Origin: Octopus sinensis
Taxonomy: Eukaryota
Direction of reading: 5' to 3'
Length of the DNA: 44,100 bases
Assembly (NCBI RefSeq): GCF_006345805.1
Contig: NW_021829938.1
Location: 1 to 44,100 of the forward strand
Every line of letters starts with the position of its first letter. Position 1 is the first letter of the stretch. The position numbers and the translations under genes were made by a program. This document shows positions 1 to 11,638 of the stretch, one piece after another. The notes beneath the pieces were generated by a model that was given only the letters and a program-made list of their open reading frames with translations, was not told where the DNA came from and did no database searches.

Positions 1-59
1 AAGATTAATGTCAGGTGCTGTGGCTCTAGGATTTAGAGATAAAAGTGCACCTACAAACA

Positions 60-480
60 CACACACACACACACTTATATACGTACTTAAGCGGATATAA
101 TTTAGGGACAGGCATGCACACACATACACACGTACTAAGCGTATATAATTTAGGGACAGGCACACACACAGACACATACGTACTTTAGCGTAATAATTTA
201 GGGACATGCACACACACATACACACACACGTGCTTAAGCTTATATAATTTAGGGACATGCACACATACACACACACACGTACTTAAGCGTATATAATTTA
301 GGGACATACACACACACACACACACATATACACATACACACGTACTTAAGTGTATATAATTTAGGGACATGCACACACACACACACACACACGTGCTTAA
401 GCGTATATAATTTAGGAACATGCACGTACGCACACACATACACACAAATGTACTTTAGCGTATATAATTTAGGGACATGC
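60..480. repeat. Compound minisatellite: core CTTAAGCGTATATAATTTAGGGACATGC alternating with variable (CA)n, about 8 clear units, degenerate copies to ~990
   Basis: Direct inspection: core recurs about every 50-60 bp. Confidence 0.85.
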
Positions 481-994
481 ACACACGCACACACATACAT
501 ACACACACACACATACGTGCATACTCATATACCTACAAGCATATTTATTTATGAAGATACGTTTAGGGATAGGAGTCCGCGCACACACAACCGCAAACAC
601 ACACACACATATATACACACATATTCATATACACACATAAATATTTATTCCCACAGATACAGTTAGAGATATAATTCTACACACACACGCATATACATAC
701 ACACATATACATACACACACATAATAATGTGTAGATATTTAGGAACACAGGCAAGCTCATACATACTTCTGTGTAACAATTTAGACATGCGCGCGCGCAC
801 ACCACACATACACACACCTTCAGGTATACTCAGGCATATTTATACGTTTTGGGGGATAAATACATACTTACGCATGAAATTTAGGGAAAAATACACGCAT
901 TCACATAAAAACACATACATATCATGCATAGGCATTTAGGAACATACATACACACACGTATGCACATTTCCTCATATATTGGGGACTTGAGCAT

Positions 995-1030
<36 letters not shown>

Positions 1031-1240
1031 AAGAGGAGAAGAGGAGGAGAGGAAGGAAAGTAGAAAGACAGGGGAAAAGGAAGAAAAGGAGGAAAAGGAA
1101 GAGGAGAAAGAAGAGGCGGACAAAAAGAAGGGAGAGGAGAAGGAAGAGAAGGAGAGGAAGAACAGAAGAGATGAAGAAAGAGAATAAGGAAAATGAAGAG
1201 AAAAGGGGAGAAGAGAAAGAGGAGGAAAGCAGCAGCAGCA

Positions 1241-1617
1241 GTGGAGGCACAATGGCCCAATGGTTAGGGCAGCGGACACGTGGTCGGAGGATCGCGGTTT
1301 CGATTCCCAGACCGGGCATAGTGAGTGTTTATTGAGCGAAAACACATAAAAGCTCCACGAGGCTCCGGCAGGGGGTGGTGGCGACCCCTGTTGTACACTT
1401 TCGCCCCAACTTTCTCTCACTCTTTCTTCCTGTTTCTTGTCCCCGACTTCCTACGCAACCGCTGAGCCTGGATGCGCATTCATCCATCCGTCGATGCTCT
1501 CGGTGTCGGGGGTTGACCTGCTTTCTCTTCTGCGGGTCTTACTACGAATAGCAAAAGGACCACGTTTCAGACTTCTCCCATCTTGTGAGCTCCGGGACGA
1601 AGACTGTTCGTTCAACA
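1241..1617 (+). mobile_element. tRNA-derived SINE (family 1), inserted in a (CAG)n tract
   Basis: Head GTGGAGGCACAATGGCCCAATGGTTAGGGCAGCGG...GGTTTCGATTCCCAGACCGGG with A/B-box-like motifs; homologous copies elsewhere in window; CAG repeats on both flanks. Confidence 0.85.
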
Positions 1618-1794
1618 GCAACAGCAGCAGCAGCAGCAGGGAAAGGTAGATTCCATTTCCAGGTTGGTAAGATTAATGCGGTTGATGTTCAGCTTGTACT
1701 TCAGCTCATCGACCTCTGCGAGGAACAACGTTTGTTGGAGGCAGAGGAAAGAAGTTTTGGGGCAAAAAAGAAAACCCGCCAAAATTACTTCGAG

Positions 1795-1880
1795 CAGTGG
1801 TTCCCAAACCTGTGATCTGCGGACAACTAGTCGTCTGCAAGGGTACTACTGGGGGTCTGTGAATTAAATTCAAAATTTCA
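1795..1880 (+). mobile_element. hAT-type DNA transposon terminal fragment
   Basis: CAGTGGTTCCCAAAC resembles the hAT/Charlie TIR; other end not found. Confidence 0.4.
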
Positions 1881-1964
1881 TATATATATAATATTATATA
1901 TATATATAATATATATATATATATAATATATATATAATATATTATATATATATGTATATATATA

Positions 1965-2153
1965 GGGACAGTTTACGAAAAAACAAAATACGAAGAACAG
2001 GTTGTGTACAAAACAAACAGATGTATTAGTATAACGCTCAGGAATAGAAAAGGTGTTTTACGTTTCGAACCTACGCTCTTCTACAGAAAGGGACACAGAA
2101 AAAACAAAGAGAGAAAAAAATGTGTGTAGTGGCTAACGATCTATCATGGCGAC

Positions 2154-2155
<2 letters not shown>
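1965..2155 (-). mobile_element. Short (TA)n-associated repeat carrying a minimal hammerhead-like motif (family C)
   Basis: Reverse complement is homologous to 17520-17725; motif CTTT-CTGTAGA-A-GAGC-GTAG-GTTC-GAAA-CGT-A-AAAC at 2056-2090. Confidence 0.65.
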
Positions 2156-2227
<72 letters not shown>

Positions 2228-2309
2228 AAAGAATATATATTCACACAAACATATAGGTTTACACAGACACATACGCTCACACACACACACACACACAACT
2301 AATTAGCAC

Positions 2310-2611
2310 ACCGTCGGTCGCGACAATGAAGGTGTCACAGCCTACTCGTGAAATTAACATGCAAGAGGGCTGAGTACTCCGCAGACACGTGTACTTTTCA
2401 CGTAGTTCTCAAGGAGGATTCAGCATGACACAAAGTGTGACAAGGCTGGCCCTTTTTGAAATACGGGTACAACTCATTTTTACCAGCTGAGTGGACTGGA
2501 GCAACGTGAAATAAAGTATCTTGCCCAAGGACACAACGCGCTGCCGGAAATCGAACTCACGACCTTACGATCATGAGCCGAATACTCTAACCACTTAACC
2601 ACGTTTCTTCA
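2310..2611 (-). mobile_element. tRNA-derived SINE (related to family 1)
   Basis: tRNA-like head on minus strand at ~2540-2605; body similar to 21850-22050. Confidence 0.7.
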
Positions 2612-2685
2612 CTTATATTCATAAACCGACGTAGAAGACATCCAAACAGGTCAATTCTACTTATTTCTCTATAAACTGACAAAAG

Positions 2686-3080
2686 GGATCTTTTCAGTTT
2701 GAACGGCAGTTTTTTCTAGCGGTGTCATATGAAATTGTCCCCGCTAATTATGACCCTAGTATCAATCTATTGCATTTCAATCAGTTTTAGGGTTAGGGGT
2801 GGGGAGAAGGGTATCTTTTTTTCTTCACAAATGTAAATAAACCCAATCTGTTTCTTAAACGAGGGACATATTCATATGGCACAGAATGTTTTCAGCTCAA
2901 TAGACGTCTTTGATTGGTTGAAATTGCAGAAATTGAAATATCTTACAAACTACAAAATTTTTTCAAGAAAGCCAAGAGAAAAAGATGTTTTATAAACACA
3001 TTCTACCAGTATACGAAGTTTAAAAGTGTTTAGTTATGTGGCAATTATTTTTAAAAACTGCCGGTCAAACCGAAAATAGA
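2686..3080 (+). mobile_element. ~410-bp TIR MITE carrying TTAGGG repeats
   Basis: TIR GGATCTTTTC(A/G)GTTTGAACGGCAGTTTT; four more copies in window. Confidence 0.85.
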
Positions 3081-3359
3081 ATAACTTTAATCGATCTTCG
3101 ATCTTTATTGGAGGTCTCAAAGGTGTTTACATCACCTGAACTATCCGAGACAAACAAGTAATCATTCTATTTATAGACACATTAAATCAGAGAACTGAAG
3201 CAACTAATTTGCATACCATTAATGTCCCACACTTTATTTAATATCAAAGGTCAGTCAATGCACATCTCAGTCCAAAAAATACGAAGACGGGATATATATA
3301 TATACGAAAACGTACATAACGGGCTCAAGAACGGGTTGATTTTAACTATTTCTAAGTAG

Positions 3360-3790
<431 letters not shown>

Positions 3791-4004
3791 TGATTTGATT
3801 CCATCCAGCCTATGAGCTGTGCCATCTGGGGCATATATATATATAAGTAAATATTTCTTGTTCACAAAACGTATTTACATATTCTCCTTATTGTTAAGGT
3901 ATTTAGAAGACAACTTACCTTATTAATGCCTTCTGCCTACACATAATTTTAAGTCATGGAAATTACAATGCTTATACACATGGGCAGGCACGCACACACA
4001 CACG

Positions 4005-4290
4005 CGTACATACATACATACATACATACATACATACATACATACATACATACATGCATACATACATGCATACATACATACATACATACATACATACATA
4101 CACACATATATACATACATACATGCATGCATACATGCATGCATACATACATACATATATACATACCTACATACATTCATACATGCATGCATGCATACATA
4201 CATATATACATGCATACATACATACATACATGCATACATACATGCATACATACATACATACACATATACATACATACATGCATGCATACA

Positions 4291-4324
<34 letters not shown>

Positions 4325-4533
4325 CATACCTACATACATGCATACATGCATGCATGCATACATACATACATGCATACATATATACATGCATACATGCATA
4401 ATGCATACATACATGCATGCATGCATGCATACATACATACATAGATGATTGCATGCATACATACAACTTATGTACGTATTTACGTACATACATACATACA
4501 CACATACATATACATACATATATATATATATAC

Positions 4534-4598
<65 letters not shown>

Positions 4599-4621
4599 TA
4601 TATAGGTAGGTAGATAGATAA

Positions 4622-4717
<96 letters not shown>

Positions 4718-4721
4718 TATA

Positions 4722-4761
<40 letters not shown>

Positions 4762-4765
4762 TTAA
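4005..4765. repeat. (TACA)n/(TGCA)n, (GATA)n and (TA)n microsatellites
   Basis: Direct inspection; source of spurious HTYI/MYVC ORFs. Confidence 0.95.
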
Positions 4766-4849
4766 TAAGGGTGATAGAATAGATACTAATTTAATAGTAT
4801 CCCGATTCAACAGAGAAACCTATTGTGGTTGAAACCTATTGGATCTACT

Positions 4850-5125
4850 TCTAGTGCTAGAGTGATCCACATAGTGACCACTTCGAACATGCCTGACTCC
4901 TCTAGCGACAGCTGATGACGGGGGTTTTGTCCTTGTGTAACCTGTCCTGTATTTGGTTTCGTTTCCGTTTTCTTGTTTTTTGTTTTTTGGCTTTTTCTGT
5001 TTCTACGTCTATTGTGATGTCCTGTACTTCCGTATAATATTTATATATGCATGTATATATACATGTAGATGTAGGTACGTACATATGTTTGTATGTATGC
5101 ATATATTTTTATTATCTCCTATATA

Positions 5126-5140
<15 letters not shown>
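4850..5140 (+). mobile_element. Family B repeat, degenerate copy with permuted-hammerhead remnant
   Basis: GCTAGAG/CTCTAGC outer stem, CTTC-GAA-CATG, GACAG-CTGATGA (4912-4918); 3' body homologous to 13.4k, 21.3k and 29.6k copies. Confidence 0.6.
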
Positions 5141-5156
<16 letters not shown>

Positions 5157-5980
5157 TATAATACACAGACATATACATCCATACACACCAACATGGCAAG
5201 TCGAGATAACTAACAGAGTTAAAGTGAACTTTTGAGACCTTGGTTAATTGACGTTCAGCGATATCAATTAGAATATTAATTGCCCAATTAGCTAAAACAA
5301 AATGGCTACTTGTGTCATATGTAATATCGTTGTTGTCTGTAAATGGTTGCGTGTGAGATATCATGTGTGAAATCTCGGTCATATCAAACGGTCGTTAGTA
5401 TTTGGAATGTTTATTCATTTAGTCGGCGTAATATCACGAGTGAGCAGATTTAGGGGGGCGGGAGACAAGGGGATAGGGAAGGTGAGGAGGAGAGGTGGGT
5501 GGAAATAGAGAGTGAGGGAGAGAGAGTGAAAGAGATCGGGAAGAGAGAAAGAAAGATAAAACAAAGAAAGAAAAAGAGATAGAAAGAAAGAAAGCGAGAG
5601 TGAGAAAAAAGAAAGAAAGAAAAAAGTAATAAAGAAAAAGAGAAAAGAAGGAAGGAAGAAACAAAACAGAAAAAGAGAGGAGGGAGGAAAGAGTAAGAGA
5701 GGAAGAAAAAAGAAGCAAAGAGAGTGAGGGAGAAACAGAACAAGAGAAATGAAGAAAGAATGAAAGAAAGAATGAAAGAAAGGAAGAAAGAAAGAAAACA
5801 GAAAGAAAGGAAGCAAAAGACAAAGAAAGAGAGAAGAAGAAGATCCATGGACGGTCACTCCAGGGTAAGACGTACATTTTCATTTTTGTGAAGTTAAGAG
5901 CAATGGGATTGAACATGAAGCCTCTTGGCTGCAAGGTCAGCTTTTTAACCTCATAGCCATACTTGAGAATTTGAGTGTTG

Positions 5981-6397
5981 GGATCTTTTCGGTTTGACGG
6001 GCAGTTTTTTTTAAATAATTTCCACGTAACTAAACACTTTTAAACTTCGTATACTGGTAGAATGTGTTTATAAAACATCTTTTTCTCTTGGCTTTATTGA
6101 GAAAATGCTACGGTTTGTAAGATATTTGTTGTTTTTTTCCTTCAATTTCTGCAATTTCAACCAATCAGTGACGTCTGTTGAGGTGAAAACATTCTGTGCC
6201 GTATGAATATGTCCCTCGTTTAAGAAACAGATTGGGTTTATTTACATTTGTGAAGAAAAAAAGATACCTTCCCCCCAACCCTAACCCTAACCCTAAAACA
6301 GATTGAAATGCAATAGATCGATACTAGGGTCATAATTATGGGTGACATTTTCATATGACACCGCTAGAAAAAACTGTCATTCAAACCGAAAAGATCC
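5981..6397 (-). mobile_element. TTAGGG-bearing TIR MITE
   Basis: Complete TIRs; internal CCCTAA repeats; reverse orientation relative to 2686 copy. Confidence 0.9.
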
Positions 6398-6650
6398 GAA
6401 AGAAGATCCATGGACGGTCACTCCAGGGTAATATGTATGTTTTCGTGTTTGTGAAGTTAAGAGCAATGAGATTGAACCTGAAGCCTCTTGGCTGCAAGGT
6501 CAGCTTCTTAACCTCATAGCCACACTTGAGAATTTGAGTCTTGTCATTGAATAATTATTTCTATATTGAGCGTTTTATTTCACAGTATGTTGAAGGTCTG
6601 AATGACGTAATGTGCAAAGATTTCAAAAGGAACCAAAGATCAGAGATTTG

Positions 6651-7072
6651 GGATCTTTTCGGTTTGAAAGGCAGTTTTTTCTAGCGGTGTCATATGAAAT
6701 TGTCACCCATAATTATGACTCTAGTATCGATCTATTGCATTTCAATCTGTTTTAGGGTTAGGGTTAGGGTTAGGGGTGGGGGAAGGGCATCTTTTTTTCT
6801 TCACAAATGTAAATAAACCCAATCTGTTTCTTAAACGAGGGACATATTCATACGGCACAGAATGCTTTTTACCTCAATAGACGTCATTGATTGGTCGAAA
6901 TTGCAGAAATTGAAGAAAAAAGCAACAAATATCTTACAAACTACAGAATTTTTTCAATAAAGCCAAGAGGAAAAGATGTTTTATAAACACATTCTACCCG
7001 TACATCAAGTTTAAAAGTGTTTAGTTACGTGGAAATTATGTTAAAAAACTGCCGTTCAAACCGAAAAGATCC
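6651..7072 (+). mobile_element. TTAGGG-bearing TIR MITE
   Basis: Complete TIRs GGATCTTTTCGGTTTGA...TCAAACCGAAAAGATCC. Confidence 0.9.
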
Positions 7073-7545
7073 GAGATTTTTCCCAAACCATAGGATCCTA
7101 AAGCCAGTTTTCCGGATTTTGTGGCTTACAAATTAAACCCTAACCCCAACCTACCCTGTCTGGCCGGTATCAGGAAATCAGTGGATTCATCTAACTAAAA
7201 CCATCCAAGACGATGCTCCAGGATGGCCGCAATCTGATGACTGAAACAAGTAAAAGACGCATTTATCATTTGTCTCCTAATTGTCTCAGTCTTCGGACTG
7301 CAGCCACACTGGAGTATCACCTTGAAAGTTTTGCGGTTGAACGAATCGACCTCGGTATTTTTTGAGCCCCTTTCGCAGAAACAAATTACGAGGACATAAA
7401 CACACCAACGCCGGTTGACAAGCAGTGGTGAAGGACAAACAGGCAGATATATGTGTGTGTGTGTATGGGGATTATACATATATACGTACATATATATATA
7501 TATATATATATACGTACATACATATATTATATATAGTCACACAAA

Positions 7546-7918
7546 ACCAGGCTATCAGATGTTGTTACACATCGCCGATCACAATGCGCTTCGCATTGTT
7601 TTTAGCCTTCAAATGACGCCACCCCACTTGCTAAGCGAGCAGGCCAACAGAAGAAAGAGTGAGGGAAAGTTGTGGCGAAAGAGTACAGTAAGGATCGCCA
7701 CCCCACCCCCACCCCCTGCCGGAGCCTCGAAGACTGTTTGGATTCCCGATGGAGTGGAGTTTCCGAATCTGATAGAATCTTCGTTGGATTGTTGAACAGA
7801 ATATTTCTCATCTTCATCAGAGTTTGAATAAACACTCACAACGCCCAGTCTGGGAATCGAAACCGCAATCCTACGACCGCGAGTCCGCTGCCCTAACCAT
7901 TGGGCCATTGCGCGTCCA
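7546..7918 (-). mobile_element. tRNA-derived SINE (family 1) interrupted by ~95 bp of unrelated sequence
   Basis: Homology to 24756-25016 and 27168-27436; foreign segment ~7731-7826. Confidence 0.85.
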
Positions 7919-8288
7919 TATATGCATATATATATATATATATATAAACTTACTTGGAGGAGATGAAACGAAACGAAGGGCTTCTTTCAGTTTCCTTCTT
8001 ACACTCACAATGTATTGGTCGACCCGAGTCTATAATAATACAAGATACTAACTCTAGGGTGCCAAGCAGTGATATTGAACCTGAAACTATGTGGTTGGGA
8101 AACAAGCATCTACCACACAACTGCGCCTGCGCCCTTACAAACGTCAGTCATTTCGACTTTTATTTCAAACTGAAATAGAATTTTTCAGATTTTCATCTAA
8201 ACATTATTCTGCCGATTCGTCATAAATATCAGAACAGCAAATGCATTTTTTTTAAAGAATAATAATGATGATGATGATGATGATAATA

Positions 8289-8352
<64 letters not shown>

Positions 8353-8356
<4 letters not shown>

Positions 8357-8782
8357 GCCCTGATGCAGTACCAGGCAGTGACTCTCATGGCTTCTGATCT
8401 TAACTGATTGGAAGTGTTATCATGTACATTGTTTTGTCTTGGTATAAAAGATGGGCTACAGCAAATATTCTGCTCAATACCACAGATTTGCTTGTCAGTT
8501 GTTTGACCTTAAATAGGAGCATGTCCCTTAGTGGCTGACGATATGTGCATCTTTGATCACGAGCAGAAGTAGGGGGGGGGCGCATCATAGCCGTGTGTTG
8601 AGAGGGATTCTTTGGGGTTTGAATAGCTCACCTCTGGAAACATGGGTTGTTCTTTCAACATCCTTAAACAACCCTTATTCAGGGACCTTTTGAGCGGGAT
8701 GGGCTACTCAACCTGAAGAAAATTCTAACTGGGCCCCACCTGCAAGGTCATGTGCTGTTTATCTTGAACTGCTCTCTCACTC
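8353..8782 (+). mobile_element. ~430-bp interspersed element embedded in a (TAA)n array
   Basis: Non-repetitive segment with sharp boundaries, flanked on both sides by long (TAA)n. Confidence 0.55.
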
Positions 8783-8850
<68 letters not shown>

Positions 8851-8866
8851 TAATAATAATAAAATA

Positions 8867-8924
<58 letters not shown>

Positions 8925-9154
8925 GGCTCTAGGTGCACAGAAAACACTCGGCGAGAAATGGAAGAAAATTTGAAGAAAGAAGGAAAGAATAATAAAAAAA
9001 ATAAAAATAAAAATAATAATGAAAATAATAATAATAATAATAATAATGAAAATAATAATAATAAATAATAATAATAATATAATAATAATAATAATAATAA
9101 TAAAATAATAATAATAATAAAATAATAATAATGATGATAATAATAATAGTATAA

Positions 9155-9187
<33 letters not shown>

Positions 9188-9195
9188 TATTAATG

Positions 9196-9268
<73 letters not shown>

Positions 9269-9270
9269 CA
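8783..9270. repeat. (TAA)n microsatellite
   Basis: Direct inspection. Confidence 0.95.
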
Positions 9271-9821
9271 GAAATTTAAAGCTAGAAGGTTAAAAACAAA
9301 ATGTAACTAAAAGCAAGATCATTCGAGTTCATCTTGTTAAACGGATATTAGACAAGATATCGACAATAAAACCATTGCAATGAGCATCGGCTGTAAACTG
9401 CAGGAACGCGTCTCGTTGAGCAATGTCGATGACAAAAAATTACTTGTGTGCAAAGAAAAGTCCTCACAGTGAAGTTATTCATGTGTTAGTCACGTAGACA
9501 AATTTCCACTCCACAAAGAATTCTTTTATAACTAAATTGAAGTCTGTTGATTCTTTAATATCACCAAACTTGCATTCGGCATTTTGTGGCCCTCCACTCA
9601 GTATGCCGTCTATTTCATTTTTCATTGGCGTTACATCATTTTTGCTCACTTCTCTTTCTGTGTTATTTTTTTTCTTCCTTCATTTTTTTCCTGTCTTTCT
9701 TTCTTTCTTTCTTTCTTTCTTTACTTTCTCTCTGTCTCCCAAGGCACCGAATGTCTATAGCAAACACACATGTTATGTGTATGTGTGTGTGTATAGTGTT
9801 CGGGTTAAATACTTATATATG

Positions 9822-9852
<31 letters not shown>

Positions 9853-9890
9853 TTGTGGGGGTGTTTGTATGTATGTATGTATACATATGT

Positions 9891-9974
9891 GAAGGCGCGT
9901 GGCTTAGTAGTTAAGGCATTTGGCTCACGATTGTAAGGTCGTGAGTTCAATTCCCGGCGACGCGTTGTGTCCTT
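9891..9974 (+). mobile_element. SINE tRNA-like head fragment
   Basis: GAAGGCGCGTGGCTTAGTAGTTAAGG...GAGTTCAATTCCCGG A/B boxes. Confidence 0.7.
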
Positions 9975-10687
9975 GGATATATATTCAATACACACTAGCT
10001 GAGTATCCTCGTTGCCTGATAATTTTCACAGTGTCTTGGACTGTATCACAGTATCTTTGATCTGACATTCCTCAGATACACAAAATCTTCACAGTATCTT
10101 AACCCAAAAGTTAAATTTTCCTCGTTTTGAGGGGAATTTTTCAATTTTCTTTTTTCATGATACCTTTGCAAATTAAAGGAGGAAACATTTTATGTATAAA
10201 AATAAAAAAAGGGAAAAATTTTGAGGATCCATGAATCCCTTCAACCACCCCTCTTCTGGACCGATTTTGTTCTTTTTTTATGTCTTTTACTTTTGCACTA
10301 TGCGCTTAAAAACCATAGAGAGATGTAAAGGAAACAAAATACATGATTACTCGCAGATTTGCGAGTAGGACGATTTTGGACAGTCTTTCTAATGACATTT
10401 TCGTCCCCGTGATGTTGATCTCGAACTGGTAATTTCTTTTTTTATTCTATTATATGGAAGGTGAAAAAAAAGTATCCTGAGGCAGGGTTTGAACTCAGAA
10501 TAGAGAGACAGACAGACAGGCGGAGAGAGGAAGTGAGAGTGAGTGTTGGGGAGCGAGAAAGACAAACATACAGACAGACAGAGGGAGAGGAGAAAGAGAG
10601 TGTGTATGGGAGAGAATGTGAGTGAGTGAGTGTTAGGGAGTGTGTGTGAGAGAGTGTGAGAGAGTGTGTGTATGCGAGAGAGAGTAT

Positions 10688-10774
<87 letters not shown>

Positions 10775-11638
10775 CAACAACTTTTAAATTAATCATTTCC
10801 ATTAGAAGAAATCAAGGAAATATTTTACTTTATGACAATAATGGAAACTGAATTTTTAAAAGTATTCTTAAAATCTTTATACACAAACTCATTCTGTAAT
10901 TTCTACATTATTGAGAAACTATTCATTTTAAATATCACACTAAAAGAATTCGACAAATAAACCGAATTAAACTCAACGTGTCCGCACATACGTCATTATT
11001 GGCACCATGCAAGCTTTTCATCAATGGAATTCTGAAATGACTCGATAAATTGTTAAAAAATAATAATAATAAACCAACTTTTGGAACAATATACCGTTAA
11101 CCTGCCTTCCTTTTGAATGATGTTCTCAGAGATTATTTTGAATAAACATTATCGGAGATGCAAGATCAAGTCATTTGATCTGACATTCCTCAGATACACA
11201 AAATTAGACACAACCTTTTAATGTAAGCAATTATATACAGTATAAACATTTACACTCTCTTCTGATACTGCTCAGAAGTTGCTTTTCTGTGTTTGTTGGT
11301 GTTTCAGCACATTACATTTTATATGCTGTTACATAAAGTATAGTATTACATCTCACTCTCTTTTTCTCTTACCGTGTTTACACACACACACACATAGAGG
11401 TAGATAGATAAATATACAAGCATACGTATATACATGTGTATAATGTATGTAAACGTACATTATATATATATACATACATACATTTATATGTGTGTGTGGC
11501 GTGTGTATATTACAAGTGTACATAGATATATGTATATAAATATATCTGTATATATTACAGATGTGTGTGTAATAATATATATATATATATATATAATATA
11601 TATATAATATTGATATATATATATATATATATATATAT

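Noticed and set aside
1241-1320. tRNA genes
   Set aside because: tRNA-like heads continue into SINE bodies; no complete cloverleaf or terminator
3919-3936. 18-nt microexon candidate (TAG|GCAGAAGGCATTAATAAG|GTAAGT, minus)
   Set aside because: Good donor but weak acceptor; too short to support without RNA data
5239-5336. Minus-strand exon candidate DNNDITYDTSSHFVLANWAINILIDIAERQLTK
   Set aside because: Plausible acceptor but poor donor (GTCTCA), no recognisable domain
6270-6300. CCCTAA/TTAGGG runs as telomere or interstitial telomere
   Set aside because: Only 1-4 units, always inside the TIR MITE
7230-7250. CTGATGA followed by GAAA
   Set aside because: Mutated SINE family 2 tail; no stems I or III
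7760-7825. Minus-strand CTGATGA...GGAAA
   Set aside because: No stem III or stem I pairing found
9470-9670. ~65-codon minus-strand open frame (NTEREVSKNDVTPMKNEIDG...)
   Set aside because: No pyrimidine acceptor, upstream in-frame stop, not globin-like
10056-11206. 32-bp sequence TTTGATCTGACATTCCTCAGATACACAAAAT at ~10056 and ~11175 (CTGAGGA on minus strand)
   Set aside because: Real short duplication, but no hammerhead stems and no element boundaries identifiable
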